Source: Oxalobacteraceae bacterium
GTDB lineage: Bacteria > Pseudomonadota > Gammaproteobacteria > Burkholderiales > Burkholderiaceae_D
NCBI GenBank assembly: GCA_027483625.1
Contig: JAIXUJ010000021.1
Coordinates: forward strand, 20,690 to 84,689
Direction of reading: 5' to 3'
DNA length: 64,000 nt
Each line of letters starts with the position of its first letter. Within the stretch, counting starts at the first letter, position 1. A program made the position numbers and the translations under genes. The notes under the pieces were generated by a model. That model saw nothing but the letters and a program-made list of their open reading frames with translations. It was not told the DNA's origin and ran no database searches. Shown piece by piece: positions 56,390 to 64,000 of the stretch.

Positions 56390-57418
56390 TCAGGATGTGT
56401 GGATATCGGCTTCGCTGGTGAAGGCGTCGGCGTAGAACTCGTCTTCCGGTAGCTGGCACTGGGCGACGAAATCGCGTTTGGCCGATTCCACCATCACCGG
56501 CGCACCGCAGGCATACACCTGATAGCCTGACAGATCGGGCAGATCGGCCAGCACGGCGGCGTGAACGTAGCCGCTACGGCCTTGCCAGCCATCTTCCGGC
56601 AGCGCGTTCGAAATCACCGGCACGTAGTGGAAGTGAGGCAGCGTTGCGGCCCACTGGCGGCATAGGGCATCCATGTACAGATCCTGTGGACGGCGCCCGC
56701 CCCAGTACAGCGTCATCGGACGGGTCGAGCCTTGCGCCTGCTGGTGTTCGATGATGGCCTTGATCGGTGCGAAGCCGGTGCCGGAAGCCAGCAGCAGCAT
56801 CGGCTTGTCCGATTCTTCGCGCACGAAGAAGCTGCCCTGCGGACCTTCGAAGCGCAGAATGTCGCGCTCCTTCATGGTGCCGAACACCTGATCGGTGAAT
56901 ACGCCGCCGGGCAGGTGGCGGATGTGCAGACTCAGTGCCTGCTCGCTACCCGGTGCATTGGCCAGACTGTAGCTGCGGCGTTTGCCGTCGCGCAGCAGGA
57001 ATTCGATGTACTGGCCAGCGCGGAATTTCAGCGTTTCGTTGGCCGGCAGTTGCAGCGTCATGACGATCACGTCATCGGTGACGCGTTCCAGCGTGGCGAC
57101 CCGCGACGGCATTTTGCGCAGCGGGTAGTCTTCGCTGCCAGCCACTTCGCGCGCTTCGATCACCAGATCGCTGTGCGGGCTGGCGCAGCAGAATAGCGAC
57201 ATGCCGGCGGCCGCTTCGTCCGCAGGCAGGGCCCGTTCCTGATACGGTTTGTGGCTGACGCTGCCGCTGAGCACTTTGCCTTTGCAGGAGCTGCAGGCGC
57301 CGTTTTTGCAGCCGTAGGGCAGGCCGATGCCGGCACGTACCGCAGCGGCCAGAATGGTTTCGTCTTCCTCGCAGCTGAATTGGTGGCCGCTAGGCTGTAC
57401 AGTAATCTGAAACGTCAT
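56390..57418 (-). CDS. 2Fe-2S ferredoxin / FNR-type oxidoreductase (CDP-6-deoxy-delta-3,4-glucoseen reductase-like)
   Basis: Start at MTFQITV. CKNGACSSCKGK cluster, RSYSLAN FAD motif and LASGTGFAP NAD motif. Confidence 0.85.
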   Translation of the reverse strand: MTFQITVQPSGHQFSCEEDETILAAAVRAGIGLPYGCKNGACSSCKGKVLSGSVSHKPYQERALPADEAAAGMSLFCCASPHSDLVIEAREVAGSEDYPLRKMPSRVATLERVTDDVIVMTLQLPANETLKFRAGQYIEFLLRDGKRRSYSLANAPGSEQALSLHIRHLPGGVFTDQVFGTMKERDILRFEGPQGSFFVREESDKPMLLLASGTGFAPIKAIIEHQQAQGSTRPMTLYWGGRRPQDLYMDALCRQWAATLPHFHYVPVISNALPEDGWQGRSGYVHAAVLADLPDLSGYQVYACGAPVMVESAKRDFVAQCQLPEDEFYADAFTSEADIHTS

Positions 57419-57429
57419 ACAATCCTTCG

Positions 57430-58317
57430 ATGAATAAAATCTCACTTCAAAAATTCGCCCGTGCGCGCTTGCTGATCGTCGGTTGCGGCGATGTGGGCAT
57501 GCGGCTGCTGCCCTTGCTCACGCCGTACTTCCGCGTCTACGCGCTGACCAGTCAGCCGGCACGCTGCGCCACATTACGCGCGCTGGGCGCCCAGCCGCTG
57601 GTGGCCGATCTGGATCAGCCTGCCACGCTGCGCCGCCTGCGCGGACTGGCGCATACGGTGCTGCATCTGGCGCCGCCTGCCGCGCAAGGCGCGCAGGACC
57701 AGCGTACCCGGCATCTGACCGCCATTTTACCTGAGCATGCGCAAGTGGTTTATGTCAGCACCACGGGCGTGTATGGCGATTGTGGCGGGGCGCGTTTCGA
57801 CGAGTCGCGTCCGGTGGCGCCAGCGACGGCGCGCGCCCAGCGCCGCGTCGATGCCGAGCAGGTGCTGCGCCAGTGGGCGCGGCGCGCCAGCGGGCGGCTG
57901 TCTATCCTGCGCGTGCCGGGTATTTATGCGGCCGAGCGCTTGCCCTTGCAACGACTGCAGGCTGGTACGCCGGCCTTGCTTCCTGAAGAGGATGTCTACA
58001 CCAACCATATTCACGCCGACGATCTGGCACGCATTGTCGTGGCGGCGCTGTTCCGTGCCCGCCCGCAGCGGGTCTACCACGCGGTCGACGACAGTGCCAT
58101 GAAGATGGGGGAGTATTTCGATGCGGTGGCCGATGCCTACCGACTGGCGCGACCACCGCGCCTGTCGCGCGCGGCGTTGCGGCAGGTGGTGACGCCGGCG
58201 CTGCTATCGTTTATGTCGGAATCACGCCAGCTCGAGAACGGCCGCCTGCAGCGCGAGCTGGGGCTGCGGCTACGCTACCGCACGGTGGCCGAGTTTCTGG
58301 CGTCCCGTCAGGCGTAA
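57430..58317 (+). CDS. NAD(P)-binding epimerase/dehydratase-family (extended SDR) protein
   Basis: LIVGCGDVG Rossmann start, YVSTTGVYGD. 295 aa. Confidence 0.7.
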   Translation: MNKISLQKFARARLLIVGCGDVGMRLLPLLTPYFRVYALTSQPARCATLRALGAQPLVADLDQPATLRRLRGLAHTVLHLAPPAAQGAQDQRTRHLTAILPEHAQVVYVSTTGVYGDCGGARFDESRPVAPATARAQRRVDAEQVLRQWARRASGRLSILRVPGIYAAERLPLQRLQAGTPALLPEEDVYTNHIHADDLARIVVAALFRARPQRVYHAVDDSAMKMGEYFDAVADAYRLARPPRLSRAALRQVVTPALLSFMSESRQLENGRLQRELGLRLRYRTVAEFLASRQA

Positions 58318-58431
58318 GGCGAGCGGCCTGCAGCTGGCACTGTTGGTCGGGTGCCGGCCGCTTAGCGTCGCCTATCGGGTCTCGCCCACCGAGTGAGGTC
58401 CTATGAATGCTGCGGGCGGAGCGTCGCGCGC

Positions 58432-58686
58432 TTAGCGCTTGCGCGACTGTTGCAGGCGTTGCTGCTGTTTTCGCTGGGTCTGGTTGCGTTCCTGTTTGGC
58501 CTTGTACAGAGCGGTGGCGTCCAGCTTGGCCTGTTCGCGGGTGCGCAACTCCGGCAGGTCGTCGTGCTTGACGAAATAATCGGCAGCCTGCGCATCGACC
58601 ACTAGCTTGATGGCGGCTGCGTCGTCCAGCTCGTACAGTTCGTACAGCAGGGTGGTTACTTCATCGAGGAATTCTTCGTAGGTCAT
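58432..58686 (-). CDS. Hypothetical small protein
   Basis: 84 aa with an acidic N-terminal half and a basic Q/K/R-rich tail. No family recognised. Confidence 0.4.
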   Translation of the reverse strand: MTYEEFLDEVTTLLYELYELDDAAAIKLVVDAQAADYFVKHDDLPELRTREQAKLDATALYKAKQERNQTQRKQQQRLQQSRKR

Positions 58687-59016
58687 GGTGTCGTAAAAGC
58701 GTGTAAAGATGGGCAGCTAGAATGGGGTGCGCCGGGCGCAGTCCGCTGCAATATGTCAAAATAACAACCTCAATTGATTGTCGAACATCAAATTCGACCC
58801 ACATCATACGGCATTCCCCGTCATGCCGGTCCAGAGCAGTTCCGCTCGCTTTACAAAAATTTATACCTTTTCTTACAACAGATGAATACCTAACATAAGT
58901 TTTAGGGGTAGAATCTCTCAAAATCTCACGTTTCGAAGTGGTCTGTTATTCGATCGTTAATGAAAACGTGTATAATTCCGAGCTAGTGCTAAAAAGCAGG
59001 ATAAATTTCTGAATTT

Positions 59017-59028
59017 TGTAGTACTACA
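59017..59028. promoter_or_regulatory. Perfect 12-bp palindrome upstream of the small HTH gene
   Basis: TGTAGTACTACA, in an AT-rich tract 80 nt upstream of the ATG at 59108. Confidence 0.3.
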
Positions 59029-59107
59029 TCGGTAATAGAGCAAAAATTTATTTTACCCATGTGTCGTTTTTCATTCATAGACGACCAAACTTATCTCAAA
59101 AATTATC

Positions 59108-59347
59108 ATGTCTATCAAAGAAATCACCTCGTCGCCGACCTACAATCCGAATCGCGTGCTGGATGCCATCATTGAGAAATTGCAACTGAAAAACGATGCT
59201 GCCCTGTCCCGCGCACTGGAAGTTGCGCCACCCGTCATCAGCAAGATCCGTCACAACACGCTGCCGATCGGCGCGACGATCCTGATCCGTATGCACGAGA
59301 TTAGCGACTTCAGTATTCGCGAACTGCGCGAACTGATGGCGGCCTGA
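59108..59347 (+). CDS. Small HTH DNA-binding protein (phage Cro/CI-like)
   Basis: 79 aa. NDAALSRALEVAPPVISKIRHN looks like a helix-turn-helix. It is preceded by a ~400-nt AT-rich region. Confidence 0.5.
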   Translation: MSIKEITSSPTYNPNRVLDAIIEKLQLKNDAALSRALEVAPPVISKIRHNTLPIGATILIRMHEISDFSIRELRELMAA

Positions 59348-59492
59348 TTCTGCCAGCTTCAGCCTGGCGGGCTTTGGCACCAGCTGTCTGCGGTAGGGGA
59401 TAGCGCGTGTGCCAGTCAGCTGGCAGGCAAATAATAACGGCGCGTACCGCAAGGTGACGCGCCGTTGTCGTTTGTGGCCCGATCCGCCGGAC

Positions 59493-59705
59493 TCAGGCGG
59501 AGGTGCTGATGGTGGTGCCGGTACGCTGACCGCTGGTATTTACGGCAGGACCGGTGGCGGCCTGCGGTGGTGGCGGCGGTGGCGGTGGCGCCGCCTGCTT
59601 CACTTGCTCGGCAGGTTTGGCGACCGCTTTGCCGGCCGTCGGCGGGTTGAGTTGCGTCGGCGTGACCTGCACGGTGGACGAGTTGGCGGTAGGCTGGATG
59701 GCCAT
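59493..59705 (-). CDS. Possible small Pro/Ala/Thr-rich protein (uncertain coding)
   Basis: 70 aa with a PPPPPPPP run. It is low-complexity and could be a high-GC artefact. Confidence 0.3.
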   Translation of the reverse strand: MAIQPTANSSTVQVTPTQLNPPTAGKAVAKPAEQVKQAAPPPPPPPPQAATGPAVNTSGQRTGTTISTSA

Positions 59706-59858
59706 GCTGGGCTCCCGGAATGAGTTCGAACTGCTGACAGTATGCCACTTATTTGAGCAGTTTGCTTAAAATAATTTCCGTCCAGCACTATTTTGTTGCG
59801 CGGGGAGCGGCTCGGGCCACCTTGAGCAGCCAGAGTCTCCCCATGCAATGAGCTGGTG

Positions 59859-60575
59859 CTAGGCTGCTTTAGGCAATTGCGGCCGCAACGTGAACAGACC
59901 ATGGTCAGCCGCCGCTGCCAGCGCCACCTCAGCCGGCTGTCCGGCAGCGGAGTAGGCGGTCTGCTGGCTGACGGCCGAATAGGCAGTCTTGCCAGCCCGT
60001 GCAGAATACGCGGTCTGCGCGGCAACGGCGGAATAGGCGGTCTGGCCCGCTACGGCGGAGTAAGCCGTCTTTGCTGCGACGGCCGAGTAGGCCGTTTTTC
60101 CTGCAACGGCGGAGTACGCCGTCTTGGCGGCGACGGCGGAATAGGCGGTCTGGTTGGTGACCGCCGAATAGGCGGTGGCGGCTGCGCCGTCGGCCTGCGC
60201 ACCCAGCATGAGCGGGTAAGGCTCGCCGAAGGTGCTTTCATACAATTCCTGCATGCGCACGCCAAGGCGCTCGTGTGCCACCAGATCGTCGGCACCGCGC
60301 AGACCGATGTAGGGGAAGTGGTGCAGGAAATGGCCGAACACGGCGTCACAATCGGCGGCATATTTCAGGGTGTCGAGGATGTGGTAGTGCCAGAAGGTGT
60401 CGACATCGACCAGTGGCGCGGCCTGTTCGTGGGGGAATGTTTTCATGAGGAACAGGAAGCGGCGGTATTCGTGTTCGACCGCATTGGCATGTTCCAGCGT
60501 CCAGCCTTCGCCAGATTCCTGGTGCATCAGTTTGACTTTGATCGGTTCCAGATCGAGTGCGTCGATGAGTTTCAT
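59859..60575 (-). CDS. GRDP-like (DUF1399) domain protein with a C-terminal 9-aa tandem-repeat region
   Basis: VDVDTFWHYHILDTLKYAADCDAVFGHFLHHFPY matches the GRDP-like signature. Residues 134-213 are nine TAYSAVA(A/G)(K/Q)-type units. Confidence 0.7.
   Translation of the reverse strand: MKLIDALDLEPIKVKLMHQESGEGWTLEHANAVEHEYRRFLFLMKTFPHEQAAPLVDVDTFWHYHILDTLKYAADCDAVFGHFLHHFPYIGLRGADDLVAHERLGVRMQELYESTFGEPYPLMLGAQADGAAATAYSAVTNQTAYSAVAAKTAYSAVAGKTAYSAVAAKTAYSAVAGQTAYSAVAAQTAYSARAGKTAYSAVSQQTAYSAAGQPAEVALAAAADHGLFTLRPQLPKAA
59937..60176 (-). repeat. Nine in-frame 27-nt tandem repeats (coding)
   Basis: The plus strand shows repeated GGCGGAATAGGCGGTCTG...-type units. Translation gives TAYSAVTNQ / TAYSAVAAK / TAYSAVAGK / TAYSAVAAK / TAYSAVAGQ / TAYSAVAAQ / TAYSARAGK / TAYSAVSQQ / TAYSAAGQ. 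Confidence 0.85.
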
Positions 60576-60728
60576 GGGACATCCTTATAGTGTGGTGGCG
60601 GGTTCGCAGGGGTGAGGCAATGCAATTTTTATCCTGCGGAAACGATTGCCTTTTGATTTTGCGCAAACATTGTCAGGAAACGCCTAGCGCCTGTGTCGAA
60701 TTGGCTGAACGGGGTAGGAGAACGCCGC

Positions 60729-62570
60729 TTACGGGGTGGCCTCGGCCGCCAGCCGCGCCGTGGCGTTGATGTCGTCTGCCGGCGGCGGCGCCGCATAATC
60801 GATCGGTACCGAGATCGAGACCGTGGTGCCGGCATGGTGGCCGGCCGTAATCGAACACTGTCCACCCAGCAGGTGAATGCGTTCTTCCATGCCGATCAGG
60901 CCGAAGGAGTCGGTCTTGTTGCGGCTGTTGGGGCGCATGCCGATGCCGTTATCGCTAATCGTCATGGTCAGCATGCCGTTGTGGTGGCGCAGTTCCACCC
61001 GCACCAGACTGGCGCGCGCATGCTGCATGATGTTGCTCAGCGACTCCTGCAGCACCCGGAAGATGGCAGTGGCGCAACGGTCGTCGATGTGGATATCGCT
61101 CTGCTGCTCGATCAGTTCGCAGACGATGCCCGAGCGCTGGCGGAACTGGGCAATCTGCCATTCCACCGCCGGGGTCAGGCCCAGATCGAGCACGGTCGGG
61201 CGCAAATCATTGATGATGTGGCGCACGCTTTTGATGGTGCTATCGATCTGCGCCAGCGTGTGGCAGGCGCGCGCATGCAGGCGCGGGTGACGCAAGCGGG
61301 TACGGGTGGCCAGCATGTCCGTTTCGATACGCAGCACCAGCAGATTCTGGCCCAGATCATCATGGATTTCGCGGGCGATACGCTTGCGTTCCTGCTCCTT
61401 GATCTGGTCCGCATGGGCGGCCAACTGGCGCAGCGTGTGGTGCGATTGCTGTAGCTTGGCCTGACTGTCGAGCAGCTCGCGGGTCATGACTTCGGCCATG
61501 CGCACGGCGCGCCGGCGCGATGATGCCAGTGTATGGATCAGCAGGTAGATCAGCAGCGCGCCCAGGAAGCCGCAGCCCATCGCCAGCCACGGCAGGAACA
61601 CGTCGAAGCGCGACAGCCAGACGGTTTTGGGGGCACTGAATTCGGCACTCCAGCTGCGCCCGTTGAAGTCCAGCGGCAGCATCACGCTGAATTGATCAGT
61701 GTGGCGCAGCGTGGCTGGCAGGCTGTCGAGGTTGTCGTACAGCAGGACGGGTGGACTGTGGCTGCCATCGGCATTCTTGCCATCGTCATACAGTCGCAGG
61801 TGGACCGTGCGGAGCTGGCTGGTGGCCATGGCTTCCTTGACCAGTCGTGGCACGCTAAAGCCGATGCCGACCGAGCCCAGATAGGCCGCGCGGCGCTGCT
61901 CGACAGATTCCAGCGGCGCATCTTTACGGTAGATCGGCATGCGCAGTGCCAGTGCCCAGCCCTGTGCGTTGTGGGTGTTTTCGATGGGCATGCCGGAGGT
62001 CATCATCTTGCCACTATCGCGCGCCTGTTCGAGCGCCAGCGTGGCGGTGGGGCGCACGCCGATGTCGACGCCGAGGCGGGCGCGGAACGGCGCAACCGGC
62101 TCGATCATGGTGAGCACGGTGTACTGCTCGCGCTGACCCTCGGGGCGGATCCGGAAAGCCGGGTAGTCTTGCACCCCGGCTGCGCCGCTACGGGCACTCC
62201 AGCGTTCGAAGCGGGTGCGCTGGCTGGCGCTGACGGCTTGCGCGTAGTTGACGTTATCGAGCGCGGGAAACTGTTCCGGCAGCAATAGACCGCTGACGTA
62301 ACGGTGGAAACCGGCGCGGTTGATGCGGTCGCTGGCCGAGAGGAAACTGGCCGAGCCGCGCAGCACGTCGGTGTAGGCGCCCAGCCGCGAACTGATGATG
62401 TAGCGCGCGTTAAAGGCCTGCTGGGTGAAGCGGCCGGCCGCCTCGTGGTCGATGGTGTGCTGCACGGCGATCTGTAGCACGAGGCCGATCAGTAGAGCGA
62501 GCAGGATGCCGGTCCACCAGACCGGGCGTTCGGGCGTTAGGCCGTGTTGTTGCGATGGCAGGGCGTTCAT
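60729..62570 (-). CDS. CHASE-domain sensor histidine kinase (HisKA_3/NarL-type)
   Basis: N-terminal TM helix, a periplasmic CHASE-like domain, a second TM helix, then REIHDDLGQNL (HisKA_3 H-box) and an HATPase domain. Confidence 0.85.
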   Translation of the reverse strand: MNALPSQQHGLTPERPVWWTGILLALLIGLVLQIAVQHTIDHEAAGRFTQQAFNARYIISSRLGAYTDVLRGSASFLSASDRINRAGFHRYVSGLLLPEQFPALDNVNYAQAVSASQRTRFERWSARSGAAGVQDYPAFRIRPEGQREQYTVLTMIEPVAPFRARLGVDIGVRPTATLALEQARDSGKMMTSGMPIENTHNAQGWALALRMPIYRKDAPLESVEQRRAAYLGSVGIGFSVPRLVKEAMATSQLRTVHLRLYDDGKNADGSHSPPVLLYDNLDSLPATLRHTDQFSVMLPLDFNGRSWSAEFSAPKTVWLSRFDVFLPWLAMGCGFLGALLIYLLIHTLASSRRRAVRMAEVMTRELLDSQAKLQQSHHTLRQLAAHADQIKEQERKRIAREIHDDLGQNLLVLRIETDMLATRTRLRHPRLHARACHTLAQIDSTIKSVRHIINDLRPTVLDLGLTPAVEWQIAQFRQRSGIVCELIEQQSDIHIDDRCATAIFRVLQESLSNIMQHARASLVRVELRHHNGMLTMTISDNGIGMRPNSRNKTDSFGLIGMEERIHLLGGQCSITAGHHAGTTVSISVPIDYAAPPPADDINATARLAAEATP

Positions 62571-62757
62571 AGCTGAGCACGGTGATGGTGTGCCGCAGAC
62601 TATAACGGAATCCAGATGTAGCTAGTTAGTTAATTTTGCTTTTTTACCACTTGTCCTGAACAAGTTGTGGTGAGCTCCGCAATGCAGCGGGCCGGCGCTT
62701 CCCTTGCGGAAAACGCCGGCCCGAGTTGCCGTGCAAAAGATTGTCTAGGCTTAGCGC

Positions 62758-64000
62758 TTACTTGGCGACCCAGCTATCTTTCAGCGTGACGATGCGGTTA
62801 AAGACTGGCTTGCCCGCTTGCGAATCGACCCGGTCGGCGACGAAGTAACCATGGCGCTCGAACTGGAAGCGCTGATCCGGCTGGGCGGCGCTCATGCCCG
62901 GTTCGAGGTAGGCGGTGACCACTTCCTTGGCGTTCGGATTGAGCAGGGCAATGAAGTCCTTGCCGCCGGCATCGGGCTGGGCATCGGTAAACAGACGGTC
63001 ATACAGGCGCACTTCGGCCTGCAGGGCGCTGGCGGCCGAGACCCAGTGAATATTGCCCTTGACCTTGTAGTTATCCGAACCGGGCGTACCCGATTTCGAA
63101 TCCGGGAAGTAATTGACGTGCACGGCGATGACTTTGCCGTTCTCATCTTTGTCGTAGCCGGTGCATTCGGTCACATAACCGTGGCGCAGGCGTACCCGCG
63201 AACCCGGTTTGTCGTCGATCGGCGGGTAGTAGCGGAAGTAGCCCTTGCTCGGAACTTCCATGAAGTCGTCTTCTTCGATCCACAATTCACGCGAAATCGG
63301 GAAGCTGCGCACGCCCATTTCCGGATGGTGCGGGTGCACCGGCGAGCTGCATGGCTCGCTCTGGCCTTCCGGATAGTTGTCGATGATCAGCTTGAGCGGC
63401 CGCAGAACGGCGGTGGCGCGCGGCGCTTTCGGGTCGAGGTCTTCGCGCAGGCAGCCTTCCAGCGTGCTCATGTCGATCCAGCCATCCGATTTGGTGACGC
63501 CGATGCGTTCGCAGAACAGGTGCAGCGACTCCGGCGTGTAACCACGCCGGCGCAGACCGACGATGGTCGGCATGCGCGGATCGTCCCAGCCATCAACGAT
63601 GGCTTCATCGACCAGCTGGCGCAGTTTACGCTTGCTGGTGACGACGTAAGTCAGGTTCAGGCGCGAGAATTCGTACTGGCGCGGCACTGGCAGGGTGAAG
63701 AAGCCGCCCGCCGACAGGGTTTCCAGCAGCCAGTCGTAGAACGGGCGGTGATCCTGGAATTCCAGCGTGCAGATCGAGTGGGTGATGTTTTCCAGCGCAT
63801 CCGAAATCGGATGGGTGTAGTCGTACATCGGGTAGATGCACCACGCATCGCCGGTGCGCACGTGGTGGGCGTGACGGATCCGGTAGATGGCCGGGTCGCG
63901 CATATTCATGTTCGGCGAGGACATCGCGTCTGCGCTGACTTTGGCGCGCAGGATGTGTTCGCCGTCAGCATATTTGCCGGCTTTCATGTCGCGGAAGATC
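62758..64000 (-). CDS. glnS: Glutamine--tRNA ligase (N-terminus beyond the right edge)
   Basis: ...LRAKVSADAMSSPNMNMRDPAIYRIRHAHHVRTGDAWCIYPMYDYTHPISDALENITHSICTLEFQDHRPFYDW aligns with E. coli GlnRS. The frame stays open to position 64000. Confidence 0.9.
   Translation of the reverse strand, partial: IFRDMKAGKYADGEHILRAKVSADAMSSPNMNMRDPAIYRIRHAHHVRTGDAWCIYPMYDYTHPISDALENITHSICTLEFQDHRPFYDWLLETLSAGGFFTLPVPRQYEFSRLNLTYVVTSKRKLRQLVDEAIVDGWDDPRMPTIVGLRRRGYTPESLHLFCERIGVTKSDGWIDMSTLEGCLREDLDPKAPRATAVLRPLKLIIDNYPEGQSEPCSSPVHPHHPEMGVRSFPISRELWIEEDDFMEVPSKGYFRYYPPIDDKPGSRVRLRHGYVTECTGYDKDENGKVIAVHVNYFPDSKSGTPGSDNYKVKGNIHWVSAASALQAEVRLYDRLFTDAQPDAGGKDFIALLNPNAKEVVTAYLEPGMSAAQPDQRFQFERHGYFVADRVDSQAGKPVFNRIVTLKDSWVAK

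Noticed and set aside
59493-59705. The small Pro-rich ORF as an FlgM-like anti-sigma factor or a TonB fragment.
   Set aside because: It shows only low-complexity resemblance, has no conserved C-terminal FlgM helix region, and no flagellar or TonB context. I kept it only as a low-confidence ORF.
59937-60176. A regular 27-nt tandem repeat array as a possible CRISPR or non-coding satellite.
   Set aside because: There are no unique spacers, the units are contiguous and in frame with a 238-aa ORF, and the translation is a clean 9-residue protein repeat.
1-64000. Mobile elements, tRNA/rRNA genes and CRISPR arrays.
   Set aside because: Reading both strands, I found no transposase- or integrase-like ORF, no terminal inverted repeats flanking a unit, no tRNA-like T-arm/acceptor sequences, and no repeat-spacer architecture.

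Overview
This is a densely coding, high-GC chromosomal segment. By gene content it looks like a Burkholderiales or Oxalobacteraceae-type betaproteobacterium, but that is only a guess. I support about 55 CDS. I recognised no rRNA, tRNA, CRISPR array, transposase or integrase.

Most of the window is housekeeping and accessory metabolism:
- a DUF2946 gene plus a TonB-dependent receptor;
- a desCB/desT-like acyl-CoA desaturase module;
- a DeoR + TonB-receptor + GH31 (four F5/8-type-C modules) carbohydrate locus;
- an M13 peptidase;
- a TetR-controlled DJ-1/cupin module with three copies of an 18-bp palindromic operator;
- ldhA, gluQ, pyrF, sbcB, hpf and glnS (partial);
- several MFS, LysE, LysR, SDR and alpha/beta-hydrolase genes;
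- a cNMP-GGDEF cyclase and a CHASE histidine kinase.

The stand-out is a ~9.9-kb bidirectional 11-gene locus at 35909-45770.
- It encodes six paralogous secreted proteins. Each carries a double-glycine-leader-like motif (LSxxELxxVxG/A-Q/R). In five it lies right after a Sec signal peptide; in the sixth it follows a hydrophobic segment. Five of the six end in a C-terminal beta-strand terminating in His.
- One paralog is fused to a tandem MshEN-type c-di-GMP-binding motif.
- The partner genes are a stand-alone membrane-anchored C39 peptidase with an intact Gln/Cys/His/Asp set, two outer-membrane barrels, a DUF2059 protein and an AraC regulator.
- No ATPase, usher, secretin or ABC transporter is present.
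- I interpret it as a poorly characterised Fil/Fap-like surface-fibre system under c-di-GMP control.

Secondary oddities are a GRDP-like (DUF1399) protein with nine in-frame 27-nt repeats, an AT-rich left edge, and an apparent ECF-sigma remnant fused to a membrane protein.
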